UHGV virus genome: UHGV-0106128
Length of the DNA: 30,570 nt
Reading direction: 5' to 3' (one strand)
Source of the DNA: a virus
In this document: positions 1 to 7,633 of the stretch, in pieces
How positions within the stretch are numbered: the first letter of the stretch is position 1
Layout of the letters: the number at the start of each line of letters is the position of its first letter
The notes under the pieces: generated by a model
The model's database searches: none
What the model saw: the letters and a program-made list of their open reading frames with translations, nothing else
What the model was told of the DNA's origin: nothing
Made by a program: the position numbers and the translations under genes

Positions 1-103
1 GTTAGCAACGGGCTGGCTGGAAGTGTTTTTTAACCTGCTGTTCTGCGTGCTGGTGATACGCGCACGCGGGAACGTCACAAAAATCTTTCCATTGTTGAGG
101 TGA
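1..103 (+). CDS. 3' end of an upstream ORF (partial), hydrophobic C-terminus; possibly holin or other lysis membrane protein
   Basis: Open frame from position 2 ending at TGA 101-103 (...LATGWLEVFFNLLFCVLVIRARGNVTKIFPLLR); sits directly upstream of the endolysin gene; function inferred from position only. Confidence 0.3.
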   Translation, partial: LATGWLEVFFNLLFCVLVIRARGNVTKIFPLLR

Positions 104-105
104 AT

Positions 106-483
106 ATGTCGGGTAAATTCAGATTCAGCCGTCGCAGTGAAAAAAATCTGGAGGGCGTTAAACCACAGCTGGTTGCTGTCGTTCGCCGTGCGCTGGAGCT
201 GACGGAGGTTGATTTCGGTATTACGGAAGGGCTGCGCACGAAAGAACGCCAGAAACAGCTGGTCGCGGAAGGGAAAAGCCAGACCATGAACAGCCGCCAC
301 CTGACCGGTGATGCGGTGGATGTTGTTGCCTGGGTTGGCAGCCAGGTGTCATGGGACTGGCCTCTGTACGAGAAAATCGCGCAGGCATTTAAGCAGGCTG
401 CCGCAGAGCTGGGAACTGCCATCGAATGGGGCGGGGACTGGAAAACACTGAAAGACGGGCCTCACTTTCAGTTGAAACGCTGA
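106..483 (+). CDS. endolysin, peptidase M15 family (zinc peptidoglycan peptidase of the VanY/L-alanyl-D-glutamate peptidase type)
   Basis: ORF track 100..483; ATG 106 preceded by GAGG 97-100; motifs SRHLTGDAVD and GGDW...DGPHFQ fit the His-Asp-His zinc site of M15 endolysins. Confidence 0.85.
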   Translation: MSGKFRFSRRSEKNLEGVKPQLVAVVRRALELTEVDFGITEGLRTKERQKQLVAEGKSQTMNSRHLTGDAVDVVAWVGSQVSWDWPLYEKIAQAFKQAAAELGTAIEWGGDWKTLKDGPHFQLKR

Positions 484-524
484 TAACCAGGTGTGTTATG
501 AGCAGAAAACACTGGACACACAGA

Positions 525-679
525 ATGCCGCGAACGGCGGCGAAATGGGCACTGGTAGCGATACTGGTGCCTTTTTTCTGGCGGGATGCGTCAGTCTGGA
601 TAAGGCGCGCCAGCTTTTCGATACATCTTCTCAGGTTTGTGAAATTGTCGACGGTGTTCGGCAGTGTATGCAGAACTGA
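525..679 (+). CDS. putative small lysis-cassette lipoprotein (Rz1/o-spanin-like), reading frame changes at T6 tract 572-577
   Basis: Frame from ATG 525 (or ATG 498) encodes MPRTAAKWALVAILVPFF, the n- and h-region of a signal peptide. After a -1 shift at T_TTT_TTC the frame of ORF 491..679 continues LAGC (lipobox) VSLDKARQLFDTSSQVCEIVDGVRQCMQN. Neither frame alone gives a convincing protein. Confidence 0.4.
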
Positions 680-852
680 TCGCCTGTAATAGCAGAATAT
701 TTTGCTGAAAAATGAAGGGTGCGTCAGCGTCCGGAAAGTATGAAATTCTGCTGCGTGTGCCAATTTTATCTTATTCATTCTAAATCTTGCCGAATCAAGA
801 TGAACTTTGATCAACTGCCTGGCGGCAAGGGGCATTAAAACAGGAGAAAATT

Positions 853-960
853 ATGTGGACACCTACAGGTGACAAGTTAATCACCGCGTTGATTGACGGC
901 AAGCCACAATACTTACGCATTGAAATGAGTGGTCAGCATGCTCGTTTGATTTGTGAGTAA
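853..960 (+). CDS. small hypothetical ORF, 35 aa (MWTPTGDKLITALIDGKPQYLRIEMSGQHARLICE)
   Basis: ATG 853 preceded by AGGAG 842-846; below the ORF-track size cutoff; no recognisable similarity. Confidence 0.25.
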   Translation: MWTPTGDKLITALIDGKPQYLRIEMSGQHARLICE

Positions 961-1083
961 CAGGCATTACAGCAGCCCTTCAGTGTGAGGGGCTGCGATA
1001 ATGTCAAAGCTCGTTATCAGCACCCGCCGCGCACCCAGCGCACTGGCCGATAGTGGGCTTTTTTATTCATAAAGCGAGGCTGT

Positions 1084-1875
1084 ATGAGCGAGAAATTGAA
1101 GATCGTCTATCGCCCGTTACAAGAACTATCTCCGTATGCACACAATGCCAGGACACACAGCCCTGAGCAGGTGGCACAACTGGTAGAAAGCATTAAGCAA
1201 TTCGGCTGGACTAATCCAGTGCTGATTGATGAAAAGGGCGAAATTATTGCGGGTCACGGTCGTGTTATGGCGGCTGAAGTGCTCAAAATGGATTCGGTTC
1301 CGGTCATTGTTCTGTCTGGTCTGACGGATGACCAAAAAAAGGCGTACCGCCTGGCAGATAATCGCCTGCCGATGAATGCTGGCTGGGATGAAGATCTGTT
1401 ACGGATGGAGCTGTCGGACCTAATCAATGCTGATTTTGATGTCTCCCTGACAGGATTCAGCCCAACAGAAATTGATGAATTGTTGACGGATGTTTTGCCA
1501 GGTACAGGAAATGAGGAGGAGCCGTACACGACGAAAATTGATACGCCTGTTTATGAGCCGTCAGGCGATAAACCGGATATCAGTGAACTGTGCGACGATA
1601 CGAAAACTCAGGAGCTGGTCAGCCGGATACGTTCGGCGTCCCTTGAGCCTGATATCGAAAAATTCCTCCTGTGCGCGGCAGAACGTCACACGGTGTTTAA
1701 TTTCAGCAGAATTGCGGACTATTACGCTCACGCCCCCGCTGAAATTCAGAACCTTTTTGAGGAGTCGGCGCTGGTGATCATTGATTATCAGCAGGCTATT
1801 GAAAATGGATTTGTCCGGATGACGCAGCGCATGGTGGAGATCATGCATGGCGGGGAGGAGGAGGAATATGCGTGA
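1084..1875 (+). CDS. ParB-like nuclease domain (ParB/Srx fold) protein
   Basis: ORF track; GAGG 1074-1077 then ATG 1084; N-terminal region VYRPLQELSPYAHNARTHSPEQVAQLVESIKQFGWTNPVLIDEKGEIIAGHGRVMAA matches the ParB N-terminal domain pattern including the GxGR box. Confidence 0.8.
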   Translation: MSEKLKIVYRPLQELSPYAHNARTHSPEQVAQLVESIKQFGWTNPVLIDEKGEIIAGHGRVMAAEVLKMDSVPVIVLSGLTDDQKKAYRLADNRLPMNAGWDEDLLRMELSDLINADFDVSLTGFSPTEIDELLTDVLPGTGNEEEPYTTKIDTPVYEPSGDKPDISELCDDTKTQELVSRIRSASLEPDIEKFLLCAAERHTVFNFSRIADYYAHAPAEIQNLFEESALVIIDYQQAIENGFVRMTQRMVEIMHGGEEEEYA

Positions 1876-2800
1876 TGATTTTTGCGCCTTTATTCTGACT
1901 CACGGGCGCCCGGACAAAGTTCTGACTTACCGGACGTTGCGTCGTGCTGGCTATACCGGAAAAGTTTTTATCGTTGTTGATGATGAAGATAAGACACGGC
2001 ATCAGTACATAGCTGAATTTGGTGAACAGGTGCTGGTGTTTTCCAAAGCCGATATAGCCAGTCGTTTTGACGAAGCCGATAATTTCGGTGATCGCCGCTC
2101 AATTTTTTACGCCCGTAATGCCTGTTTCGACCTGGCAAAACTGGTCGGGTGTAAATACTTCATTCAGCTCGATGATGATTATCACGAGTTCCAGTTTCGG
2201 GTGGATCGCAACTATGACCAGGCCTATTTCCCGATAAGAAAACTGGATGCGATCCTTTCTGAAATGCTGGCGTACTACGAATCAATACCTGCGCTTTCCA
2301 TCGCTATGTCGCAGGGCGGGGATTTTCTTGGTGACAATGGCGGCCATGCTTCGTGGGTGAAACGCAAGGCAATGAACAGCTTTATCTGTTCGGTTGATCG
2401 ACCGTTCTCATTCATGGGGCGCATTAACGAGGATGTGAATACGTACACGAATCTCGGTCGCTGTGGTGAATTGTTTATGACGATCGGTGCTGTCCAGTTA
2501 GGGCAGAAACAGACGCAGAAAAACAGCGGCGGAATGACCGAGCTGTATCTGGATTCCGGAACCTACGTTAAAAGTTTTTACTCCGTCATGTATGCGCCCT
2601 CGTGCGTAAAAATCTCACTGATGGGGGCCAGCCATAAACGCATTCACCATCAGGTCACCTGGAACAACGCTGCAGTAAAAATCCTTCACGAAAAATACAG
2701 GAAGAAGACACCCTGCATATCAATGGGGGTGACAAATGATTCCGTATTCGAAAGTCGAGTCTCTGGCAGCGTGCCGGATGACTGCACAACAAATCGCTGA
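1868..2800 (+). CDS. GT-A fold (GT2-like) glycosyltransferase, substrate unknown
   Basis: ATG 1868 preceded by GGGGAGGAGGAGGAA 1853-1866 (the ORF-track start 1847 is less likely); motifs FILTHGRPD, KVFIVVDDEDKT and ARNACFDLAKLVGCKYFIQLDDDY fit the GT2 pattern (IIPTYN-like, VVDDgStD-like, arNxGxxxAxGxYixfLDaDD-like). Confidence 0.6.
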   Translation: MRDDFCAFILTHGRPDKVLTYRTLRRAGYTGKVFIVVDDEDKTRHQYIAEFGEQVLVFSKADIASRFDEADNFGDRRSIFYARNACFDLAKLVGCKYFIQLDDDYHEFQFRVDRNYDQAYFPIRKLDAILSEMLAYYESIPALSIAMSQGGDFLGDNGGHASWVKRKAMNSFICSVDRPFSFMGRINEDVNTYTNLGRCGELFMTIGAVQLGQKQTQKNSGGMTELYLDSGTYVKSFYSVMYAPSCVKISLMGASHKRIHHQVTWNNAAVKILHEKYRKKTPCISMGVTNDSVFESRVSGSVPDDCTTNR

Positions 2801-2987
2801 CGTTCTGGATGTTGATCTGAACCGACTGAAAGAAAATCGGGAAGCAATGACAGATTTTTACGCATCCATCCGTAAGGGCAGAGCGAAAGGTGAAGCCGAA
2901 CTACGGGCGGCATTGTTTAAGCTTGCCAGAAAAGGGGATGCCTTTGCCCTGCGTGAACTACTCAGGGTGGATAAAAATCAGGACTAA
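2736..2987 (+). CDS. small HTH-like protein, possible DNA-binding or packaging accessory protein
   Basis: ORF track; GGGGGTGA before ATG 2736; MTAQQIADVLDVD resembles a helix-turn-helix; function not established. Confidence 0.45.
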   Translation: MIPYSKVESLAACRMTAQQIADVLDVDLNRLKENREAMTDFYASIRKGRAKGEAELRAALFKLARKGDAFALRELLRVDKNQD

Positions 2988-2990
2988 CTG

Positions 2991-4082
2991 ATGAGCAGAC
3001 CGGACTGGGGGGCGTTGCAGCAGGAATATATTGCTGAATACACCCGCTCCGGTGTATCTCCGGTGGCATGGTGTGAGGCAAGGGGACTGAATTACGCAAC
3101 AGCCCGTCGTTACATCAAAAAACCTCCGAAAAATGCGCAGACAGAAATGCGCAAAACTGCGCAACAAAGTGCGCAGAAAAAATCTGCGCAGACTGCGCAA
3201 AAGCGGAACGGAAAATCTCAGAAAAAAAAGCCAGTATCCGATGCGTGCCTGAATGAGGGCGACGCGGAGGAATTTTCGTTCTGCCCCGATGAATTCGGCA
3301 TTTCTGACCAGCAGGCTAAGTTTGCGATGCTTGTTGCTCAGGGGAAAAAGCCGACAGAGGCATACCGACTGGCTGGTTATGAGGGGCAAGGTGCGACAGC
3401 TAACAGCAACGCCAGCCGTATGCTTAGAAATGCCAGGGTTTATCGTGCTATCAGCTACTTCCGCAATCAGTATCAGAAACGCTATACCGCAGACCTGGAT
3501 TTACTGGTGAGTCAGTTGATGGCTATTGTCCAGGCCGACCCCAATCAGTTGGCACAATTTCGCCGTGTTAACTGCCGTTATTGCTGGGGCGAGAATCATC
3601 TCTACCAGTGGCGTGATATTGCAGAATTCGATAAGGCAGCGGCACAGGCCTCCAGAGATGGCAAACCCGAGCCGGAATATGGAGGCCTCGGCTTTGTTGA
3701 TAACGCCATACCCAATCCGGATTGTCCGAAGTGCTGCGGTGAGGGAACGGGACAGCTTTATATGGCTGATACCACTCTGCTTGATGGGGATGCGCGACAA
3801 TTATATGCAGGGGCAAAGCTCGGGAAATTTGGTGTTGAGATCCTGCTGGAGGATAAGGCTGCCGCCCGGCGCGAACTTATCAAGCTGATAATGGCGACGA
3901 AAGGAAGTTCTGCTGGTGGTGCAACTGACAGTCGCAATGATCTGGAGCTTGAAGGACTGAGGCTTCGCAACGAAAAGCTGCGCACTGAGATTGAAAACCT
4001 CAAAAAAGGCGTGGGTGGTGAGAATAACGAAATAATTATCCACAACTCTCTGCCGATGCCGGGAGTGGATAATGTCGATTGA
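2991..4082 (+). CDS. terminase small subunit (P27-type), with a C-terminal Cys4 cluster and coiled coil
   Basis: ORF track; AGGA then ATG 2991; N-terminal HTH; segment QQAKFAMLVAQGKKPTEAYRLAGYEGQGATANSNASRMLRNARV resembles the terminase small-subunit core; lies directly upstream of and overlapping the large subunit. Confidence 0.7.
   Translation: MSRPDWGALQQEYIAEYTRSGVSPVAWCEARGLNYATARRYIKKPPKNAQTEMRKTAQQSAQKKSAQTAQKRNGKSQKKKPVSDACLNEGDAEEFSFCPDEFGISDQQAKFAMLVAQGKKPTEAYRLAGYEGQGATANSNASRMLRNARVYRAISYFRNQYQKRYTADLDLLVSQLMAIVQADPNQLAQFRRVNCRYCWGENHLYQWRDIAEFDKAAAQASRDGKPEPEYGGLGFVDNAIPNPDCPKCCGEGTGQLYMADTTLLDGDARQLYAGAKLGKFGVEILLEDKAAARRELIKLIMATKGSSAGGATDSRNDLELEGLRLRNEKLRTEIENLKKGVGGENNEIIIHNSLPMPGVDNVD
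3134..3199. repeat. array of six TGCGCA hexamers at 9-15 bp spacing inside the terminase small-subunit gene
   Basis: TGCGCA at 3134, 3148, 3158, 3170, 3185 and 3194; encodes the Q/K/A-rich linker TEMRKTAQQSAQKKSAQTAQK. Confidence 0.6.
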
Positions 4083-5400
4083 AATCTACCTCCCAAAACC
4101 TCATGAGGGGCAAATAGCTGCATGGACGGCGGCAATAGAGGAACGCTTCCACGCGGTATGCTGTGGTCGTCGCTGGGGTAAAACGGTGATGCTGGTAAAC
4201 ATCGCTACCAGTTTCGCTACGCGGAAATTTGCCGTTCCTACCACCGGGCAACTTATCGCGGGTAGGGTGGGGATTTTTACCGCACAATACCGCCAGTACC
4301 AGGAAATCTGGGATGAAATTAGCGCCGTTCTGCAACCGCTGATCCTCAGCCAGTCAAAAAATGAAAAGCGCATTATTCTCCGTAATGGGGGGCGCATCGA
4401 CTTTTGGGTAACGGACAATAACAAACTGGCCGGGCGTGGGCGTAAATATCACGCTGTGCTGATTGATGAGGCAGCATTCACTAAATCGCCGGAAATGCTC
4501 GAGGAAATCTGGCCCCGAGCTATACGCCCGACGCTTGTCGATTACCGCGGCTGTGCGTGGGTATTTTCCACACCAAACGGTATCGACGAGAGCAATTTTT
4601 TCTACGCGATATGCCACGATGAATCCCTGGGATTTGTCATGCACCATGCGCCAACTTCATCGAATCCGTATATTCCGAAAGAAGAACTGGAGGAAACGGA
4701 GAAGAAATCCGATCCGCGCGTCTGGCAGCAGGAATATCTTGCAGAGTTCGTGGACTGGTCCAAAGACGCGTTACTCGATGTCGATAAGCTGCTGGTGGAC
4801 GGTCAGCCGATTGAGATGCCGCCGTACTGCGACATGATTTTCGCAGTGATGGATACGGCGCTGAAAGGCGGGACCGAAAATGATGGTACTGGCGTGGTGT
4901 ATTTCGCTTATGAGTCAACGTATTCGGACGAGCCAAAACTGACGATTATTGACTGGGATGTGACGCAAATTAAAGCGTCATTGCTTCCTGAATATATCCC
5001 CGGCGTTTATGACAACCTCGAGCGCCTCGCGAAATTATGCCGTCCGCGTCTGGGCTGCCAGGGCATTTTTATGGAAGACGCCGCGATGGGGGCAATCCTC
5101 AACCAGAAGGCGGAAACCGAAGGCTGGGATATGACGCCGATTAAATCGGCACTAACCAGCAAAGGTAAAGACGAACGGGCGGTGATGGCATCCAGCTACC
5201 ACTATCAGGGGATGTGCAAAATCGTCCGGGAGGCTTACGACAAGACCGTTTCATTCAAACGTACCACCGCAAACCACCTCATAAAACAAATCGCCGGATT
5301 CCACCTGGCGGATAAAAACGCGCATAAACGTGCTGATGACCTTTTCGATTGTTACACCTATGGGTTGATCATCGCGCACGGTAATTACGCGGCGTTGTAA
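4072..5400 (+). CDS. terminase large subunit
   Basis: ORF track; Walker A-like CCGRRWGKT, Walker B-like AVLIDEAA, C-terminal nuclease-like region; overlaps the small-subunit stop (ATG 4072, TGA 4080-4082). Confidence 0.9.
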   Translation: MSIEIYLPKPHEGQIAAWTAAIEERFHAVCCGRRWGKTVMLVNIATSFATRKFAVPTTGQLIAGRVGIFTAQYRQYQEIWDEISAVLQPLILSQSKNEKRIILRNGGRIDFWVTDNNKLAGRGRKYHAVLIDEAAFTKSPEMLEEIWPRAIRPTLVDYRGCAWVFSTPNGIDESNFFYAICHDESLGFVMHHAPTSSNPYIPKEELEETEKKSDPRVWQQEYLAEFVDWSKDALLDVDKLLVDGQPIEMPPYCDMIFAVMDTALKGGTENDGTGVVYFAYESTYSDEPKLTIIDWDVTQIKASLLPEYIPGVYDNLERLAKLCRPRLGCQGIFMEDAAMGAILNQKAETEGWDMTPIKSALTSKGKDERAVMASSYHYQGMCKIVREAYDKTVSFKRTTANHLIKQIAGFHLADKNAHKRADDLFDCYTYGLIIAHGNYAAL

Positions 5401-5418
5401 AAAATCAGGATATTTTTG

Positions 5419-6855
5419 ATGGCAGAGATCGAGATTACTGGCGGCCTCGGTTCAGCACTGATGCGTATTCTTGAGGCTGAAGAAATTCAGCCGGGAACCG
5501 ATATTGGCTATGAATTGTGTAAGCTGCTGTGGCAATTCCATCCTCTGGGCGGAAAACTTGTCGAAAAACCCATACTTATGGCGATGTGTAAGCCGCGTCA
5601 GTACAACGTGGAGACAGACCCTGACGAGCGGGTTGTGCGGCGTTTCCAGGAGGTATGGGAACGTATGAAGGTTAACGAGAAGATTAAAAATCTGTTTTTT
5701 CTGTCTCGTTGCTACGGTGCCGCAGCGATCGGCGTGGGCACCGACAGTGTTCCATGTCGTGAGCCGCTTCCGACATTCGGACTGACAGAAGATGATGTGT
5801 ATATCAACGCGTGGGACCCGTTGAACGCTTCTGGTTCGATGGTGACTGACCAGAACCCAAACAGCCCGTTTTTCCAGGAAGCCAATAAAAAGCTGAAGAT
5901 TGGCGGAAAAGACTGGCATCCGTCACGCACACTGAAAATTTTCAATGGCACACCGATTTATCTGGAGTTTCAGAGTTCATCGTTCGGATTCACCGGGCGA
6001 AGCGTGTTTCAGCGTGTTCTTTATTCCCTGAAATCCTATATCAATACGATGGAGGCGAATGATCTCGTCAGCCAGAAGGCAGGCGTACTGGTGGCTAAAG
6101 TTGTGCAGTATGGTTCGAAACTTGACGGGATCATGGCTGCCGCCACGGGACGAAAAAGGGAAAATGTCAAAGAGGCAAAAAATAAAGGTGTGCTTAGTAT
6201 CGGGAAGGATGAGGACGTTACCTCGCTGAATTTACAAAACATCGATGGCGCGCTAAATGCCGCCCGCGACAACATTATTTCTGATATTGCATCAGGTAGC
6301 GATGTTCCCGCGATTCTCATCAAGGAGGAGGCTTTCTCGAATGGTTTCGGTGAAGGAACTGAGGATTCGAAAGCTATCAGCCAGTATATCGATGGTGTAC
6401 GCCAGCAGATTGAACCTGTGATGGATTATTTCGAACGCCTGGTGCAGTACATCGCCTGGAACGAGGAATTTTATCAGTCGCTGAAAAATGATTACCCGGA
6501 CATCATAACTGATGACTATAAAACCACGTTTTACCAGTGGCGACGTGAATTTACCGCGACATGGCAGGAGCTGGTGGAGGAGTCGCCGGACAAACGCCGG
6601 GAAAGCGACAGTAAAGTGATTCAACAGGCGATAGCACTTTTCTCTGCCGTGTCGCCACAGGTTGATCCTGAAAACCGTGCCGCCGTCACTGAATGGCTGG
6701 CAAGCCTTGTTAATGCCACGCAAACCTATGGCGAAGCTCCACTCATCATTGATGTGGACGCGCTGGCGAATTATGAACCACCGAAGCAGGAGACGCCTGA
6801 TGGCAATTTCCAGCCGGGCGGTGAGGAAGAAGAAACGGATCAGGACGCTGTATGA
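5419..6855 (+). CDS. portal protein (putative)
   Basis: ORF track 5416..6855; AGGA 5407-5410 then ATG 5419; size (478 aa), position directly after the large terminase, acidic C-terminus. Confidence 0.65.
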   Translation: MAEIEITGGLGSALMRILEAEEIQPGTDIGYELCKLLWQFHPLGGKLVEKPILMAMCKPRQYNVETDPDERVVRRFQEVWERMKVNEKIKNLFFLSRCYGAAAIGVGTDSVPCREPLPTFGLTEDDVYINAWDPLNASGSMVTDQNPNSPFFQEANKKLKIGGKDWHPSRTLKIFNGTPIYLEFQSSSFGFTGRSVFQRVLYSLKSYINTMEANDLVSQKAGVLVAKVVQYGSKLDGIMAAATGRKRENVKEAKNKGVLSIGKDEDVTSLNLQNIDGALNAARDNIISDIASGSDVPAILIKEEAFSNGFGEGTEDSKAISQYIDGVRQQIEPVMDYFERLVQYIAWNEEFYQSLKNDYPDIITDDYKTTFYQWRREFTATWQELVEESPDKRRESDSKVIQQAIALFSAVSPQVDPENRAAVTEWLASLVNATQTYGEAPLIIDVDALANYEPPKQETPDGNFQPGGEEEETDQDAV

Positions 6856-7633
6856 GGTTCTGACGGATGCCGTTAACTACTACGTAAATCACGGGTGGGA
6901 TAGCGAAAAATCATTGCTCGAATGGTGCCGGAAACTCCGTGTAGCCGCTCAGCGAGAAACCCCTGATGATACCGTAGCCAGAAAACATCTCACCGCTATC
7001 TACAGCCGTCTTGTCATCGACGGCGGGGCATTACGGGATCAGCCTCCTGATGGCCCTAAAAAAATCACTGTTGAAAAACTGAAACCTGAGTTTCGTAAGG
7101 AACTCGACAGGCGAATTTTCGCCAGTGCCAACCTGATAAAACTCAACCGCGAACAGGCTATCGAGAAAACCATACAGCGTTTTCAGGGATGGGTTACGTC
7201 CATTCCGCCTGACGGGGTGAGCGAAATTGATCGCCGGGAAGTGAAGTCCGGTTTTCAGAAGTCCGTGAAGGATATGGATTTTATCAGTCGCCGGGTGGCA
7301 ATTGACCAGGGACATAAGCTGGCGAGCAACGTTAAGTATCTGCTGGCTGTTCAGAGTGGTGCGATTGCTCTGCGCTGGCATTCTAACTGGCGGCGTCCGG
7401 GCTACAAATACCGACAGGACCACAAAGAGCGCGACGAGAAAATTTATCTCCTCCGCGATTCGTGGGCGCTGGAGCAGGGGCTTATTAAGCCCGTATATGG
7501 TTTTTATGACGAAATCACTGCTGCCGGGGAGGAGGTTTATTGCAGTTGCGATGCTCTGCCGATCTACGCCCCTCAGAAACTACCCGACGAATTTTTAACG
7601 GAGAAGGGCAAACGTGAGTTTAACCGAGCTTGA
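6800..7633 (+). CDS. minor head / head morphogenesis protein (putative); start uncertain (ATG 6800 or GTG 6821)
   Basis: Long open frame 6662..7633 overlapping the portal 3' end; no in-frame ATG downstream of the portal stop; assignment is by position between portal and scaffold. Confidence 0.45.
   Translation: MAISSRAVRKKKRIRTLYEVLTDAVNYYVNHGWDSEKSLLEWCRKLRVAAQRETPDDTVARKHLTAIYSRLVIDGGALRDQPPDGPKKITVEKLKPEFRKELDRRIFASANLIKLNREQAIEKTIQRFQGWVTSIPPDGVSEIDRREVKSGFQKSVKDMDFISRRVAIDQGHKLASNVKYLLAVQSGAIALRWHSNWRRPGYKYRQDHKERDEKIYLLRDSWALEQGLIKPVYGFYDEITAAGEEVYCSCDALPIYAPQKLPDEFLTEKGKREFNRA

Noticed and set aside
389-835. 148-aa minus-strand ORF overlapping the endolysin and lipoprotein genes
   Set aside because: Antisense shadow of well-supported + strand genes; low-complexity Arg/Ser/Phe-rich translation
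1847-1867. Start of the glycosyltransferase-like gene at ATG 1847
   Set aside because: ATG 1868 is preceded by a very strong GGAGGAGGAGGAA site, whereas 1847 has none
3134-3199. TGCGCA repeat array considered as a CRISPR or iteron-like element
   Set aside because: Units are only 6 bp with irregular spacing inside a coding region; not a CRISPR array. Kept only as a possible pac-type signal
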